A DNA stretch of 64,000 nt from Blepharisma stoltei ATCC 30299 (GCA_965603825.1 CBFDEM010000034.1:1-64000); one strand, 5' to 3'. Numbered from the stretch's first letter, positions 12,068 to 23,607 are shown. Numbers and translations are program-made. The notes: generated from the letters alone by a model not told the origin.

Positions 12068-15000
12068 ATGCAGCAAAAGTTCGAGACTCAAAGTACACGC
12101 GTGAAAGGTCTTGCATTTCATCCCACTCGCCATTGGATCCTCGCGTCTCTTCACAACGGCTGCATCCAGCTTTGGGATTACTTTATGGAAGCTCTCCTCG
12201 ATAAATACGAAGAACACGACGGTCCTGTGCGAGGAATTGCATTTCATCCTACTCAGCCTCTCTTCGCTTCAGGTGGTGACGACTATAAAGTCAAGCTTTG
12301 GAATTTCAAACAAAAAAAGTGCATCGTTACCTTGGATGGCCACCTTGACTACATTCGTACTGTCTGTTTCCATCATGAACTGCCTTGGCTTATGAGTTGT
12401 TCAGATGACCAGACAATCCGTATATGGAATTGGCAGTCTCGAAGCTGTCTTGCTATTTTGACAGGGCATAACCACTATATCATGTGTGCTCAGTTTCATC
12501 CTAAGGAAGATATGATCGTCTCCTCAAGCTTGGACCAGACTATAAGGGTTTGGGACTTTAAAAATCTCAGGCAGAAATTTTATTCAGCAGGAGGCAGAAG
12601 CTCAGAAATCATTATGGGCACTGACGTGGTCGTGAAATTTGTGCTGGAAGGCCATGACAGAGGGGTGAACTGGGCAATTTTCCACCCTAATTCACCTTAT
12701 ATAGTAAGTGCTGCTGACGATAGAACAGTGAGGCTGTGGAGGTATACAGAGTCCAAGTCTTGGGAAGTCGAAACCATGAGAGGCCACAGCAATAATGTCT
12801 CCTGTGCCCTTTTCCATCCAAATTTAGAAGTTATTATTAGTGACAGTGAAGATAAGTCATTGAGGATCTGGGATATGAACCGAAGAAGCACAATCCATAC
12901 TTATAAAAGAGAAAATGACAGGTTTTGGGTGTTAGCGATACACCCTACTAACAATTTGGTAGCAGCCGGCTTTGATTCAGGATTTTTGATATTTAAATGT
13001 GAAAAAGAAAGAGTCCCAGCAGTAAAAACCAGAGGAAATATTTATATTGTGGCCAAAAAGACACTAAGAAAAGTTGACGAGCAAGGCAGAGAGACTGTTT
13101 TAGCTACATTAAAGCCTCCATCTAAGCGAGAAGTATACAAAAACAACCCTTCCCACATCTTTGTGAACCAAATTTCAAGCGGCGACTATCACGTCCTACT
13201 TCAATACCAGCAAGAAGGCGGCGTTTATTTTCTGTTTTCCTTTAATAAAGATTTTTCAGGCGACAAATCAGCAGTCAATATAACAGGAGCCTCTACAAGC
13301 TCATGCTTTATAGGAAAAGATAGGTTCGTGATTTTGACTAAACAAAAAGAAGTCCAAGTTATGGATTTCAGCAACGCCGTCAAAAAGAAGCTGACCTTTG
13401 GCTTTACTCCTTCAGCTATTTATCCAGCTGGAATTAATAGGATTTTAATAAAACACGACGACAGCTTGTCACTTTTTGACATTTCAGCAAAAGAAATCAT
13501 TAAGACTGTCGCTTTGTCAGCTACTATAAAGCAAGTTATATGGACTCTTACTAATGAGTACGCCGCAATTCTTTCAAGTGAAAATATCACTTTGATTTCT
13601 AAGAACCTTGATGTGTTGTGCACAAGCCCTAGGGAAAGAATTAATATAAAATCAGGGGTTTGGGATCCATGTGGTGTTTTTGTGTATTCTACAGCTACCC
13701 ATTTGAGATATATAATTGTGAATGGTGATAATGGGACAGTCAGGTCTCTTGATAAGCCTATTTATTTAGTAAGTATTGATGATAAAGAAGCTGTAGGCGT
13801 AGACAGAGAAGGCGACATAGTAAAACTCCCTACCTCAAATTTAGAATATAGGTTTAAGCTTGCTTTACACTGTAAAAGATATAATGAAGTCAAACTTATA
13901 TTAGAAAGTGGAGGATTAATAGGAAACGGCGTCGTAAAATACCTTCAAGACCGCGGGTTTTCAGAAATCGCACTATATTTCGTTGAGGATGAAAAAACCA
14001 GATTTAATTTAGCAATCCAAGCTGGGATTATTGAAATTGCTTTACAAAGCGCTTATAAGCTTAATGATAAAGAATGCTGGCTTAAGCTTGGAAGTGAAGC
14101 TTTAAGACAAGGAAACAGCCAAATTGTTGAAATGGCCTATCAGAAAACTAGAAATCTAGACCGCTTATCAGTGCTTTATATGATCACAGGAAACCTTAAT
14201 AAACTCTCAAAAATGCAGCAAATCGCAGAAACTCGTGGCGATAAGCTTAGACTTTTCCACAACACCTTGCTCAGAGGAGACATCGAAAAACGTGTAGAAA
14301 TGCTTGCAGAAGCTGGCCAAGTCCCATTAGCTTATATTACAGCCCGTATCCATGGTATCCAACACATGCTAAATGGTCCTTTGGAGCAGTCATTAGGCGA
14401 GCAAGGCGTCCAAAAGCTTGAAGACTACATCTCAAAGCTTCCTCAGCCTAAAGCATTATACCCACCAGTCCCTATTTTTACATCAAAACAAGGCGGTGAC
14501 GAAAATTGGCCACTTCACCATGTGATTACTAGTGAATTTGAGCTGCTTAAAAACCAAGTCGACCCTGCCAATCCATATGCAGTCAATGCAGCTGAGTCCC
14601 ATAGACAAGAAGAGCACAATTTCACTGATGTAGGAAATGTAGAAAGCAGCGGATGGGGCGGTCCAGACCTAGATTTTGAGATTGCAGAGCCATCTGCAGC
14701 GCCTGCATGGGGAAATGATGACTTTGACGTCCCTGATATTAAAGAAGAGGAAGGGAAATCTGAGGTCAACACTTTAACGTCTGGCATTTCATTGCAGCAG
14801 AAGTGGGCAAGAACTTGTCAAGTCCCTGGAGAACTTGTTGCGGCAGGAGCTTTCCAAGCAGCCATGCAGCTTCTTACCAGAACAGCTGGAGTCGTAAACT
14901 TCGCCCCATTGAAAAACCACATATTAAACGTATACATGGGGGGCAGTGTTTCTTTACCTTTATTGCCACACTTAAAACCTATTACAGACGCATATATAAC

Positions 15001-15742
15001 TCGTATTAAAACCCCAGCCCAAGCAAGGCCTCACGTTACTATTACTTTATCCCAACTCTCAGTACAGATTAAAAACGCTTATAAATTGACAACCCAAGGT
15101 AAGTTTGCTGACGCTTTGGCTATTTTTGTGAATATTTTGCAGTCTATACTGTTTTTAAGTGTTTTTAGTGAAAATGAAGTGGCTGAGGTGAAGGATTTGA
15201 TAAAAATCTGTGTAGAATATATAGCGTGCATGAGACTTGAACTGACTAGACAAGCTGAAGCTAATAAAGGAAATATTGCAAGAGCTCTAGAACTGGGGTA
15301 TTATATGACTTTGTGTAAACTTCAGCCTCCTCATCAAAGCTTGACGTTGAGAAGTATAATTGCGACAGCTTATAAGTATAAAAATTATATCACGTGTACT
15401 AGTCTGTGCAAGAGATTTTTGGAGCTTGCAAATCAACACCCACAGGTGGTACAAGGAGATGCTAAACAGGTTATTGATAAACATAAGAAATTATTGGTGT
15501 ACTGCCAACAGGTATTTACTAATGATTTATCGCTAGGTGTGGAGCTGCCTGAAAATAGCCCAGATATTGCGTCAATGCTATGTCAGAGAACGTTTACCCA
15601 AGTGAGCCCTGCAGTGCCGACAGCAAGATGCCCATTCTGTGGAAGTCTTTATCATAAAGAATACAAAGGAACGAACTGCGACACTTGTTTGGTTTCACAA
15701 ATTGGATTGGAAGCTTTAGGATTAAAGGTATTTCAGAATTAA
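12068..15742 (+). CDS. COPA: Coatomer subunit alpha
   Basis: KFETQSTRVKGLAFHP...EHDGPVRG...LEGHDRGVNWA WD40 repeats, solenoid region and C-terminal CPFCG...C motif; 1224 aa. Confidence 0.98.
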   Translation: MQQKFETQSTRVKGLAFHPTRHWILASLHNGCIQLWDYFMEALLDKYEEHDGPVRGIAFHPTQPLFASGGDDYKVKLWNFKQKKCIVTLDGHLDYIRTVCFHHELPWLMSCSDDQTIRIWNWQSRSCLAILTGHNHYIMCAQFHPKEDMIVSSSLDQTIRVWDFKNLRQKFYSAGGRSSEIIMGTDVVVKFVLEGHDRGVNWAIFHPNSPYIVSAADDRTVRLWRYTESKSWEVETMRGHSNNVSCALFHPNLEVIISDSEDKSLRIWDMNRRSTIHTYKRENDRFWVLAIHPTNNLVAAGFDSGFLIFKCEKERVPAVKTRGNIYIVAKKTLRKVDEQGRETVLATLKPPSKREVYKNNPSHIFVNQISSGDYHVLLQYQQEGGVYFLFSFNKDFSGDKSAVNITGASTSSCFIGKDRFVILTKQKEVQVMDFSNAVKKKLTFGFTPSAIYPAGINRILIKHDDSLSLFDISAKEIIKTVALSATIKQVIWTLTNEYAAILSSENITLISKNLDVLCTSPRERINIKSGVWDPCGVFVYSTATHLRYIIVNGDNGTVRSLDKPIYLVSIDDKEAVGVDREGDIVKLPTSNLEYRFKLALHCKRYNEVKLILESGGLIGNGVVKYLQDRGFSEIALYFVEDEKTRFNLAIQAGIIEIALQSAYKLNDKECWLKLGSEALRQGNSQIVEMAYQKTRNLDRLSVLYMITGNLNKLSKMQQIAETRGDKLRLFHNTLLRGDIEKRVEMLAEAGQVPLAYITARIHGIQHMLNGPLEQSLGEQGVQKLEDYISKLPQPKALYPPVPIFTSKQGGDENWPLHHVITSEFELLKNQVDPANPYAVNAAESHRQEEHNFTDVGNVESSGWGGPDLDFEIAEPSAAPAWGNDDFDVPDIKEEEGKSEVNTLTSGISLQQKWARTCQVPGELVAAGAFQAAMQLLTRTAGVVNFAPLKNHILNVYMGGSVSLPLLPHLKPITDAYITRIKTPAQARPHVTITLSQLSVQIKNAYKLTTQGKFADALAIFVNILQSILFLSVFSENEVAEVKDLIKICVEYIACMRLELTRQAEANKGNIARALELGYYMTLCKLQPPHQSLTLRSIIATAYKYKNYITCTSLCKRFLELANQHPQVVQGDAKQVIDKHKKLLVYCQQVFTNDLSLGVELPENSPDIASMLCQRTFTQVSPAVPTARCPFCGSLYHKEYKGTNCDTCLVSQIGLEALGLKVFQN

Positions 15743-16755
15743 TTTGACTAAGAAATTTGAATAAATATGAATTTAGATTATTTATTTTAAATACATAAGA
15801 AGATTTTAATTTGCACGAAATTATAACTAGATTTTCATATTAAAATGCATTTATAGGTGATTTTTGAAAGAAACAGAATACTAATTGATGTAGGAAAACT
15901 TCCATCAAAATAGCTTATTTGCCTTTCAAATGTATCAATATTTGTTAAATAAAGCATCTTTGCATTCTTCTCATAATTCGTGGCTCCCGCAACTCTGTAC
16001 CATTAAAAAGGATCCTGGTCTAAGCGCCAACTGGCTCATATTTGACAGCTCATCTGAGGCGGGATTTTAGCCTGGCTAACTGAGTTTTTCTCCTTGGATA
16101 ATAGACTAGACACTGATAGTGCATAATTAGATCACACTTCTAAAGTAGTATTTTGCTATAAATAATGGAGGTAGTTCCAGATGGAGGCTTTGATGCTTCC
16201 CCCATACCCTGCGCATTTTAAGATTTTAAGGGTTAAGAGAGTTCTATCCTGAAAATAAGGCTTAAGATGGTTTGGGTGAGATTTTCGCAAGACTGAAGGC
16301 ATCAACATTTTTTGTGGCCGAAAAGGGTTAGGTGGCTTTAGTGCCTAGCTCTATAAGCGTGAAGCTAAAGCTAGATTGTTCAAGGCTAAATTAATCCTTA
16401 TTTAACTCCTCTAATTACAATCTCTCTCTCATAATTTCGCAATACATATAAACCTGGTGCAATTTTTTAATTAATAGGCTCATAACTAGGCATAGAATTT
16501 TTTCTAAGGTAATAATCCATTGACATATAGTTTATAGATTCATATTCTTGAGAAATTGAGACAATAACCACTTCAATTTTCGAAAAAATTTGCAAATTAC
16601 TATAGAAACGACACAACTCTTTTTTTTTAAATTGTCTTCAAATACTCTTTATCCCTGCAACCACCTTTTCCTATCTTCCATCTTTTATTGAGCAGAATTA
16701 ATAAAACCAAATTCACTTTTTATATTTTGATCGAGAATGGAAAAGCTCAAAGTGC

Positions 16756-17316
16756 ATGGTTGACTCAATCAAGCGTTATAAAATACATTCAAATACTGAC
16801 GACAATGGATCCACGACCTATGTTTATTATAGCTTGTTTGATGTAAGAGTTAATATCGCAGGACATTGGGTTCAAGGTTTTGCTTGTGGGTGTTCACATG
16901 CGACTGCATTGACAGCTGAGACTGTACTTGATGGCGCATATTCTTATCAATATTCCATTTGCAAAAATGATAAGGTATGTGGAAATATGCTGTTAATGCC
17001 AGCTTGGTTTTGCAATGAATGCAATAAATGCACTCAATTTTTAAGCCAAGAAGAAAAAGACTGCAAATATTTCTTAAAAACCCCACATAATCAGATTGAT
17101 AGTGTGAAAGAAATTCCAGTAGGATATAAGCTTGATTACCCTACTGAGCACTCAACATTTATTCAAGTGATTTTTATGGATGATCCTTTTTATTTTAAAA
17201 GCGATTATATAGCGCTACAAATAATTTGCTTTTGAATAATGATTATTTTGCCTGCAGCATATATACTTCTGCATCTTATATATTTGGGCTTTAGCCATAT
17301 CAAAGATAACTACTAA
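16756..17316 (+). CDS. Hypothetical Cys-rich protein with C-terminal TM anchor
   Basis: ORF reads through TGA 17233 into a hydrophobic tail (ALQIICFWIMIILPAAYILLHLIYLG) and stops at TAA 17314-16. Confidence 0.55.
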
Positions 17317-17599
17317 AATAAAAAATAACTCATTATTTATAATTAGATCATCAATTTCCTACTCCCTCATTTAGCTCATTAGAAAATTTTATTTAGTATA
17401 TATAATTTTAATATAAAACAATTAGCCAAAAAATTTGCTTGCTTATCAATGGGAGGGAGGTCCTAAAAATTGATCTTGAACACAAATTAAATAATATATC
17501 AAACCACCGAGGCAAAAAATTGTTTTGCTTAGAAAATTTTTATCACTATAAACTTTAAAATAATCACCCTTTATTTTATTTATAAAATGCAATTATAAT

Positions 17600-19693
17600 A
17601 TGTCTCGGTTCGTTCTCTCAATCGTTGGAGCCGGAAACTACGGTGCTGCTCTTGCATACTTAGCAAGTTGACACTCAAAATCTATCGTAAAGCTTATTGA
17701 CACTTCAGAAGAAAAATTATCTCAGTCCAGCATCCTATTCGAGCATTGATTCAATTTAGACGAAAAATTATACGGCCCGCCTCGAGAAGATATCTATGAT
17801 ATTTTAGAAAGAATCACAGTTTCACCTCACCTTGAGGATATTGAGTACTCAGACTTTGTCGTTGAAAGTATCACTGAAAATTTGTCACAAAAAAACGAAA
17901 TAATCCAGCAGATCGAAAAAATCGTCGACAGTGATATTGTAATTGCTAGCACTACCAGTCATATTTCTATCACAAAAATAGCCCAAAACACACAATTTCC
18001 TGATAGGATTCTTGGGCTAAATTATACACATTTCCCATGGATGTCAAATGTATGTGAAATTGTAGCGACTATAAAAAGCTCAAATGAAGCAATAGCGACA
18101 GCAAGGAATTATGCAAAGAAAATAGGGCTAAAGCCTTCTATTTGTTTTGATAGGCCTGGGTTTATAGCAAATAAGTCAATTTGTGTGATAATAAATGAAG
18201 CCATTTGGATACTGCATGAAGGAATAGCAAGAAAAGAAGACATTGACACGTCGCTGTGTGGGACCTTGTGTATGAACGTCGGACCATTAGAATTTGCTGA
18301 CTTTATTGGTCTTGACGAAGTCCTTGACATCTTAAAAACACTACATAGAGATACTGGTGACGATAAATATAGACCTTGCCCATTACTTGTAAATTTAGTC
18401 TCAGCTGGAATGCTAGGGAGAAAAACAAGTCAAGGGTTCTACGAATACGATCCTAATGAGCCCTTAACTACATATAGAAGTGAAAGCTTAAGTAAAATGG
18501 ATAAAGAATACAATAAAATCATCAATGTGCAAAGAGAAATCCGGAGAAAAACTGAAATTTTATATGAAGCAGCAAATCTTAATTATCTAGAAAAATTTCA
18601 ATTTGAAGATTTAAGAGAAGTGCCTTTTGGAGACCTCAAAGCTTTAGCCGACGATATAAATATGGACGAAATCGTAGCTGATAACCAAAATAAATTACGA
18701 AAATTATTTGATATAATTGAAAAACAAAAAGAAGACATCAAAAACAAGCAGAAAGAAAATGAAGGACTTAAAAGAGAAGCTGAAACATTAAGCAAGACTC
18801 AACAAAAGGTAGAAAAAGCTATTAAAGACGCTGAAAATAAAGTTGAAAGTATGACAGCTGAGCTTGAAAAAATGAAAAAAAATAATATGTATAAAGATAT
18901 AAGAGACCCAAATAACCCTGACGAAAACTTATCAGACTGGATGGAAAAAGCAAGAGAAGTCTATGACATAAAAGAAATTTCAAAAAAAGAAAAAGAAATG
19001 GTCAAAGAATTTGTATGGGAATTCACACAAGCAGACTCTAAGCTGGAGTCAAAAGATTTTGATAAAATGGTTCAGGAGTATATTGAGAAAAAACAAAAAG
19101 AGAGGGAAGGAGAAACAGCGAAGAAAAAAAATAAGATAGAAATACCAATCGAGGAGTATTCAGATGAAGAAGAGGAAGAAGAAGAAGAAGATCTTGAGCT
19201 GCAAGATGAAGGATATTTTGAATCAGATCAGGCAAGAAGAAAAAAGAAAAGAAAAAGAAGAAGAAGAAGAACAGCCAAAAAATCAAAAGAACCTGATGAA
19301 ATAGAAGAACCAGATGAGCTGGAGCAAGAAGATGAAAATCAAATTGCCTCAGAAGAGGAAGAAAAAAAGGAAGTAAAAGAAAAGAAGAAGATAAATAGAC
19401 AAGAAATAAAAGACAAAAAATCAAAAGAATTTGCAAAACCGTTAAATGATATAGAAGAAGATATAAAAGGGGGAAAATTCAGAGACTTTGCAGAGTCACT
19501 AAAGGAAATAGAAGAAGTAATAAAAGGACACAAATTAAAAGGTTTCCAAAACCCATTTGAAGTACCTCAAGGGGAATCAAAAGGAAGAAAATTGAAACCC
19601 TTAAGAAGCCCATTCGCAGGACTAGACGAAGAAATATCAAGATTAATGAAAGCATCAAAATCCAGCAAAAATAAAAATGACGAAGACAATTAA
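17600..19693 (+). CDS. 3-hydroxyacyl/3-hydroxybutyryl-CoA dehydrogenase-like domain fused to ~400-aa charged coiled-coil tail
   Basis: ATG 17600, IVGAGNYG Rossmann motif (two TGA=Trp), DFVVESITE, PGFIAN, GPLEFADFIGLD, GMLGRKTSQGFYEY. Confidence 0.9.
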
Positions 19694-19732
19694 CACTAAT
19701 ATATTTTCCTTAAATAAAAGAATTAGGTTAAT

Positions 19733-22700
19733 TTATTTGCCCATTCTTCTCATGATTTCTAGCTGGTTCTTCTTGATCTGCTCAATATACTCTTTCAGCT
19801 TCAAATTGTCGTCCATCACCGACTTTTCAATCTGGAAAATTTGTTCCCTGATTTCTTTGACTTCTTCGCTTGACTGTACCGCTGCTTTGGCTTGGGCTTC
19901 TTTGATTCCTTTCATCATCACTTTAAGTTCTCTGACTTTTCCTGCCCATCCTGCGCCTTCACCATACTCATCTTCTAGGCAAATTTGGAGATAGGTGTCG
20001 TCTTTGACGTTTCGTTTCCAAAAGCACAAGGTCTCGACTTCTAAAATCATTTCGGCCAGCTCCATATTGTCAGCGATTTCTAAGGACTCTTGGACTCTGT
20101 CGTGGGTGTCTCCGACGATTGAGATCAGCAAGTTCATCATGACGACTTGGTTGATCATAGTAACAATAAAGAACATTAAAGACTGCATATAAGTCATCCC
20201 GTCTAAGCTATAAGTCCCTAAATTGATTAAATATGAGTAACTTACATAGCTCATCAATGAATCTCTTTCAGTTGGTACATCGAGAACCAAAAAGATAAAT
20301 GAAAAAGCTAGGGTAGAGTAAAACAGCAAAATCAGGAAACTCATCATGTCTTTAAAGACTTCAGACAAGAGGTTGACCATATACCTAGTAGGTGGGTACA
20401 GACGGAAATAGCTGATACCTCTGACCCATGATATAAAGGAGGTGACCATCAAAAATGTATATACAACGCTTTCGTCGCCGTCAGTCCAGTTCATAATTGT
20501 ATAAACAATAAATAGCACAGCTCTTGATATATCTATATAGTTCCAAATGTCTTCTAAATAGTCAATAGGTGATAGTACGGCTTGATAAACTTCATAAGAG
20601 GTCAAAATAATGCTAAGGACAAATGGAATGACGAGCATTATTTGGTTGTCTTGCCAGTATAGCACAAAAAGAGATAGCGTTACTAAGTAAAGGACATAGA
20701 GAAGGCCTTGGGTGTACATGAGCCACCTCACTTGTTTCCATTTCCCTTGCAAAATGGACTGTATAAATTTTGTCCTGAAAATGTCTTGGTTAGGGGAATC
20801 AAGGGTGCTTTTCAGGAATTCAATAGACTCAATAGACCCTGCCGAAATATTGAATGGCACCAATGAGTGCATGAAAAACACTGATTTATCAAGAACTTCT
20901 TCTGGGGCTGCTGCTGGTGGTGTTGCAGTTTCACCTGCGCCAGCAGACTTTTCAGGTAGATCAACTACCCCGCTTCCTGCATTAATATTTGCTAAGTTGT
21001 CCTCTTGCAAGCTGCTACTCTGTGCGCCTGCAATACTTGCTAATTTATCATCTTGCAAGCTGCCACTTTGTGCGCCTGGAGTTGCACTGTCATAAGGAGC
21101 TACAGCACTATCAGGAACTTCAGCAGGACTTGTAATGGCTGGTTTTACCTTAGGTGGGAAGAAATTCACAGCATAAGGAATCACATCTTTCGACCTAAAA
21201 TAAGCAGGAGTCCCTTGTGATGATGATATCATTTTTGGCAAGTTATAGCCTACACATCTCCTGAATATCAAGTCATAGAGTTTAACTAAAAACCTGCTTC
21301 CTTCTTTATTCAGCTGAATAAAGCACTCTTTTGTGACACAAGCTACTGCAAATGGATTGTCTCGGTAGTTTTTAATCATGGATTTCATTATAATGTTTCT
21401 GCAGTCACGGTAGTCTTTGTCCATAGAAATCGACAGAGTGGTTTCTCCAAAGGAAGACTCAACGGTCTTGAACTCTGTTTCTAAGGAAGAACGGAGGTAA
21501 GCAGACAAGTTGGAATAGGTGTAGAAATGAGGAGCGGTTAAGAAGTAGGGAAGAATGACCCAGTCGTCCATAGAAGGGGTGTGGTCAGGAATATCAACAA
21601 GATTGATGATGCTTTTGAGGTATCGGAGGTAGGCGTAGTAATCCATGTTTGGCCCTGAAACTGTCATTGTTTTAGAAGCTAAGGGGTTGGCGACAGCATA
21701 GCAGTCTCCTGCTTGTAGAATAAAAGCAATATAAGCTTCATTAGGGGACACAAAAAGCTTCTTTATGCTGTTGGCTTGGACTTGATTGTAGAAAATCTTG
21801 GTAAAAGTCTTCGTGCTCCAATAATTGATTTTTCCATCATTACTTGAAGAAATGATATATTTCCCATCTTGTGTTGCATATAGCCCTGTAACTTCATCAG
21901 ACTCTACCAATGTAACTAATAAAGTTTCTGCTTCCCAGTTCCAAATTCTCATTGTTTTGTCGCTACCTCCCGAAATCAAGTATTTTTCATCAATAGTCAG
22001 CTTTATTGAATTAATGACCCCTAAATGCCCAAATAACGTCTGAAGTGGTGCCAGCTCGCTAACTCCTTCTACATACTCCCAAATCTTAATTTGGTTGTCT
22101 TGGCTTCCTGATATCAATCTCGTATCATTTTTTGCCATCAATAAACAAGTGACAATGTCTTCATGAGCTTTCCACTCACTCTTAAAGTCTACTAATTCTA
22201 AGTCCCAAACCTTGATTTTTTGCTTTCCTCCAGTAAACAGCAAGTTGCCTTCCTGATTTGCGACTGCACAAACAGGTGTATCCAAATCGATTTTATCAGA
22301 GACCATTTTTCTTTCGCTGGTTTCATTGTTTATGACTGAAATGTTTTCGTTATGGCAAATTACTATTTTATTTGAGCCTGCATAAATAACGCTTTGCACT
22401 CCTACAATTTCTCCAAGCAAAGTTTCTTCATTCGTCTTCAGGTCCAGCATCTTGATTTCTCTTGAGAATTTTGCGAATAAAGAATTCATAGGACTGAAGC
22501 CTAAAATTCCTGAGGACTTATCAATCCTTTTATATAAGTTCAGTTCTGGGAATTTTGTATAGAAGACCTTTTTTTTCTGCTCAACTTCAGTAGAAAAGAT
22601 CATTTTTTCATCATTGCTAAGAGAAATGTGGGTAACTGGGGAGTTATGGACAGTCATATTGATGAGATCACGTTTGTTTTTGTTGTCAAAAACGATGACT

Positions 22701-23548
22701 TTTCCACTTTCAGTCCCCATCACGATGATATCTTCATACTGGGCAATGACAGCGGTCCTGATGGACTCTTGGAGAGGGATGTCACAAATTGGCTCTAAGC
22801 TAGAAGAATTTATCATTTTTATCGACTGCTTGAAAAAAAGTGCAATAAAAGAATCAGAAGGAGCAAATTTGGCAGAAATCACACTTGATTCTAATTTCTG
22901 CTCAGCAGAAACTTCAGCGTACTTAACGTTGAGTGGATAAAGGGCGACTTTCTTGTCGTTTATAAGTAGAACCCTTTCACTATTATGTGAAAAGCTAGCC
23001 ATCTCGAACTCTTCTGAAGTTACCTCTTGGCTTCTTCCTAAAGTATCCAAGTCCCATTTCAGCACTTCTTCTTCCTCCATTGGAGTCACCAGAATTCTTT
23101 GGTTTGGGGACAGAAACATGTTTTTAATTTTTGACTTGTGGGTGTCTAAGACTTTCATGAACTCTAGCCCAGGAATCCCATAAGCGTTAATTTTGGTTTC
23201 TCCTCTTCTAGAGACCAAAGCGATTTTATCGCCTTTGCAGAGCTCTAAATACTGCGGAACGAAGGGAAGTTGCTTGTTTTTCCTCTCTTTGGACTGTCGA
23301 TCCCAAATAACCAAGTCTGTTTCTGTGATATAAACTAAGGATTTTTCATCATTAGTAACTCTTACACTGATAATTTCGTCCATCATGGTATAAGATTGAG
23401 CCAAGCTGTCGTTAATCATGCATTCGATTTCCTTTACAGCATCTTCCATAGTAACCTGTGGCTCTTCTTCACTCATACCAGTGCCTGAGAAGTCAATGAT
23501 GTCATTGAAGTTACTGAGCAGTGGGATTTTAAAGTCTTTAAGCTCCAT
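19733..23548 (-). CDS. WD40-repeat protein fused to a TRP-like 6-TM cation channel domain
   Basis: WD repeats (AHEDIVTCL...SGSQDNQIKIW; GHLGVINSI...GGSDKTMRIWNW). TM region with YLEDIWNYID, YFRLYPPTRYMVNLLSEVFKD, MMNLLISIVGDTHDRV, then a C-terminal coiled coil. Confidence 0.88.
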   Translation of the reverse strand: MELKDFKIPLLSNFNDIIDFSGTGMSEEEPQVTMEDAVKEIECMINDSLAQSYTMMDEIISVRVTNDEKSLVYITETDLVIWDRQSKERKNKQLPFVPQYLELCKGDKIALVSRRGETKINAYGIPGLEFMKVLDTHKSKIKNMFLSPNQRILVTPMEEEEVLKWDLDTLGRSQEVTSEEFEMASFSHNSERVLLINDKKVALYPLNVKYAEVSAEQKLESSVISAKFAPSDSFIALFFKQSIKMINSSSLEPICDIPLQESIRTAVIAQYEDIIVMGTESGKVIVFDNKNKRDLINMTVHNSPVTHISLSNDEKMIFSTEVEQKKKVFYTKFPELNLYKRIDKSSGILGFSPMNSLFAKFSREIKMLDLKTNEETLLGEIVGVQSVIYAGSNKIVICHNENISVINNETSERKMVSDKIDLDTPVCAVANQEGNLLFTGGKQKIKVWDLELVDFKSEWKAHEDIVTCLLMAKNDTRLISGSQDNQIKIWEYVEGVSELAPLQTLFGHLGVINSIKLTIDEKYLISGGSDKTMRIWNWEAETLLVTLVESDEVTGLYATQDGKYIISSSNDGKINYWSTKTFTKIFYNQVQANSIKKLFVSPNEAYIAFILQAGDCYAVANPLASKTMTVSGPNMDYYAYLRYLKSIINLVDIPDHTPSMDDWVILPYFLTAPHFYTYSNLSAYLRSSLETEFKTVESSFGETTLSISMDKDYRDCRNIIMKSMIKNYRDNPFAVACVTKECFIQLNKEGSRFLVKLYDLIFRRCVGYNLPKMISSSQGTPAYFRSKDVIPYAVNFFPPKVKPAITSPAEVPDSAVAPYDSATPGAQSGSLQDDKLASIAGAQSSSLQEDNLANINAGSGVVDLPEKSAGAGETATPPAAAPEEVLDKSVFFMHSLVPFNISAGSIESIEFLKSTLDSPNQDIFRTKFIQSILQGKWKQVRWLMYTQGLLYVLYLVTLSLFVLYWQDNQIMLVIPFVLSIILTSYEVYQAVLSPIDYLEDIWNYIDISRAVLFIVYTIMNWTDGDESVVYTFLMVTSFISWVRGISYFRLYPPTRYMVNLLSEVFKDMMSFLILLFYSTLAFSFIFLVLDVPTERDSLMSYVSYSYLINLGTYSLDGMTYMQSLMFFIVTMINQVVMMNLLISIVGDTHDRVQESLEIADNMELAEMILEVETLCFWKRNVKDDTYLQICLEDEYGEGAGWAGKVRELKVMMKGIKEAQAKAAVQSSEEVKEIREQIFQIEKSVMDDNLKLKEYIEQIKKNQLEIMRRMGK
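20991..21086. repeat. Two imperfect 48-bp tandem units (16 aa, GAQSxSLQxDxLAxIx) inside the channel gene
   Basis: GAQSGSLQDDKLASIA / GAQSSSLQEDNLANIN. Confidence 0.8.
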
Positions 23549-23607
23549 TTATATTAGGGTTAATCAGTGGATGATTAATATCGGAATATATGGAATTTTA
23601 AAAGACT

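Noticed and set aside
16300-16345. Possible snRNA Sm site or telomerase RNA template
   Set aside because: No convincing snRNA motifs, and the telomere-like word does not match a CCCTAACA template.
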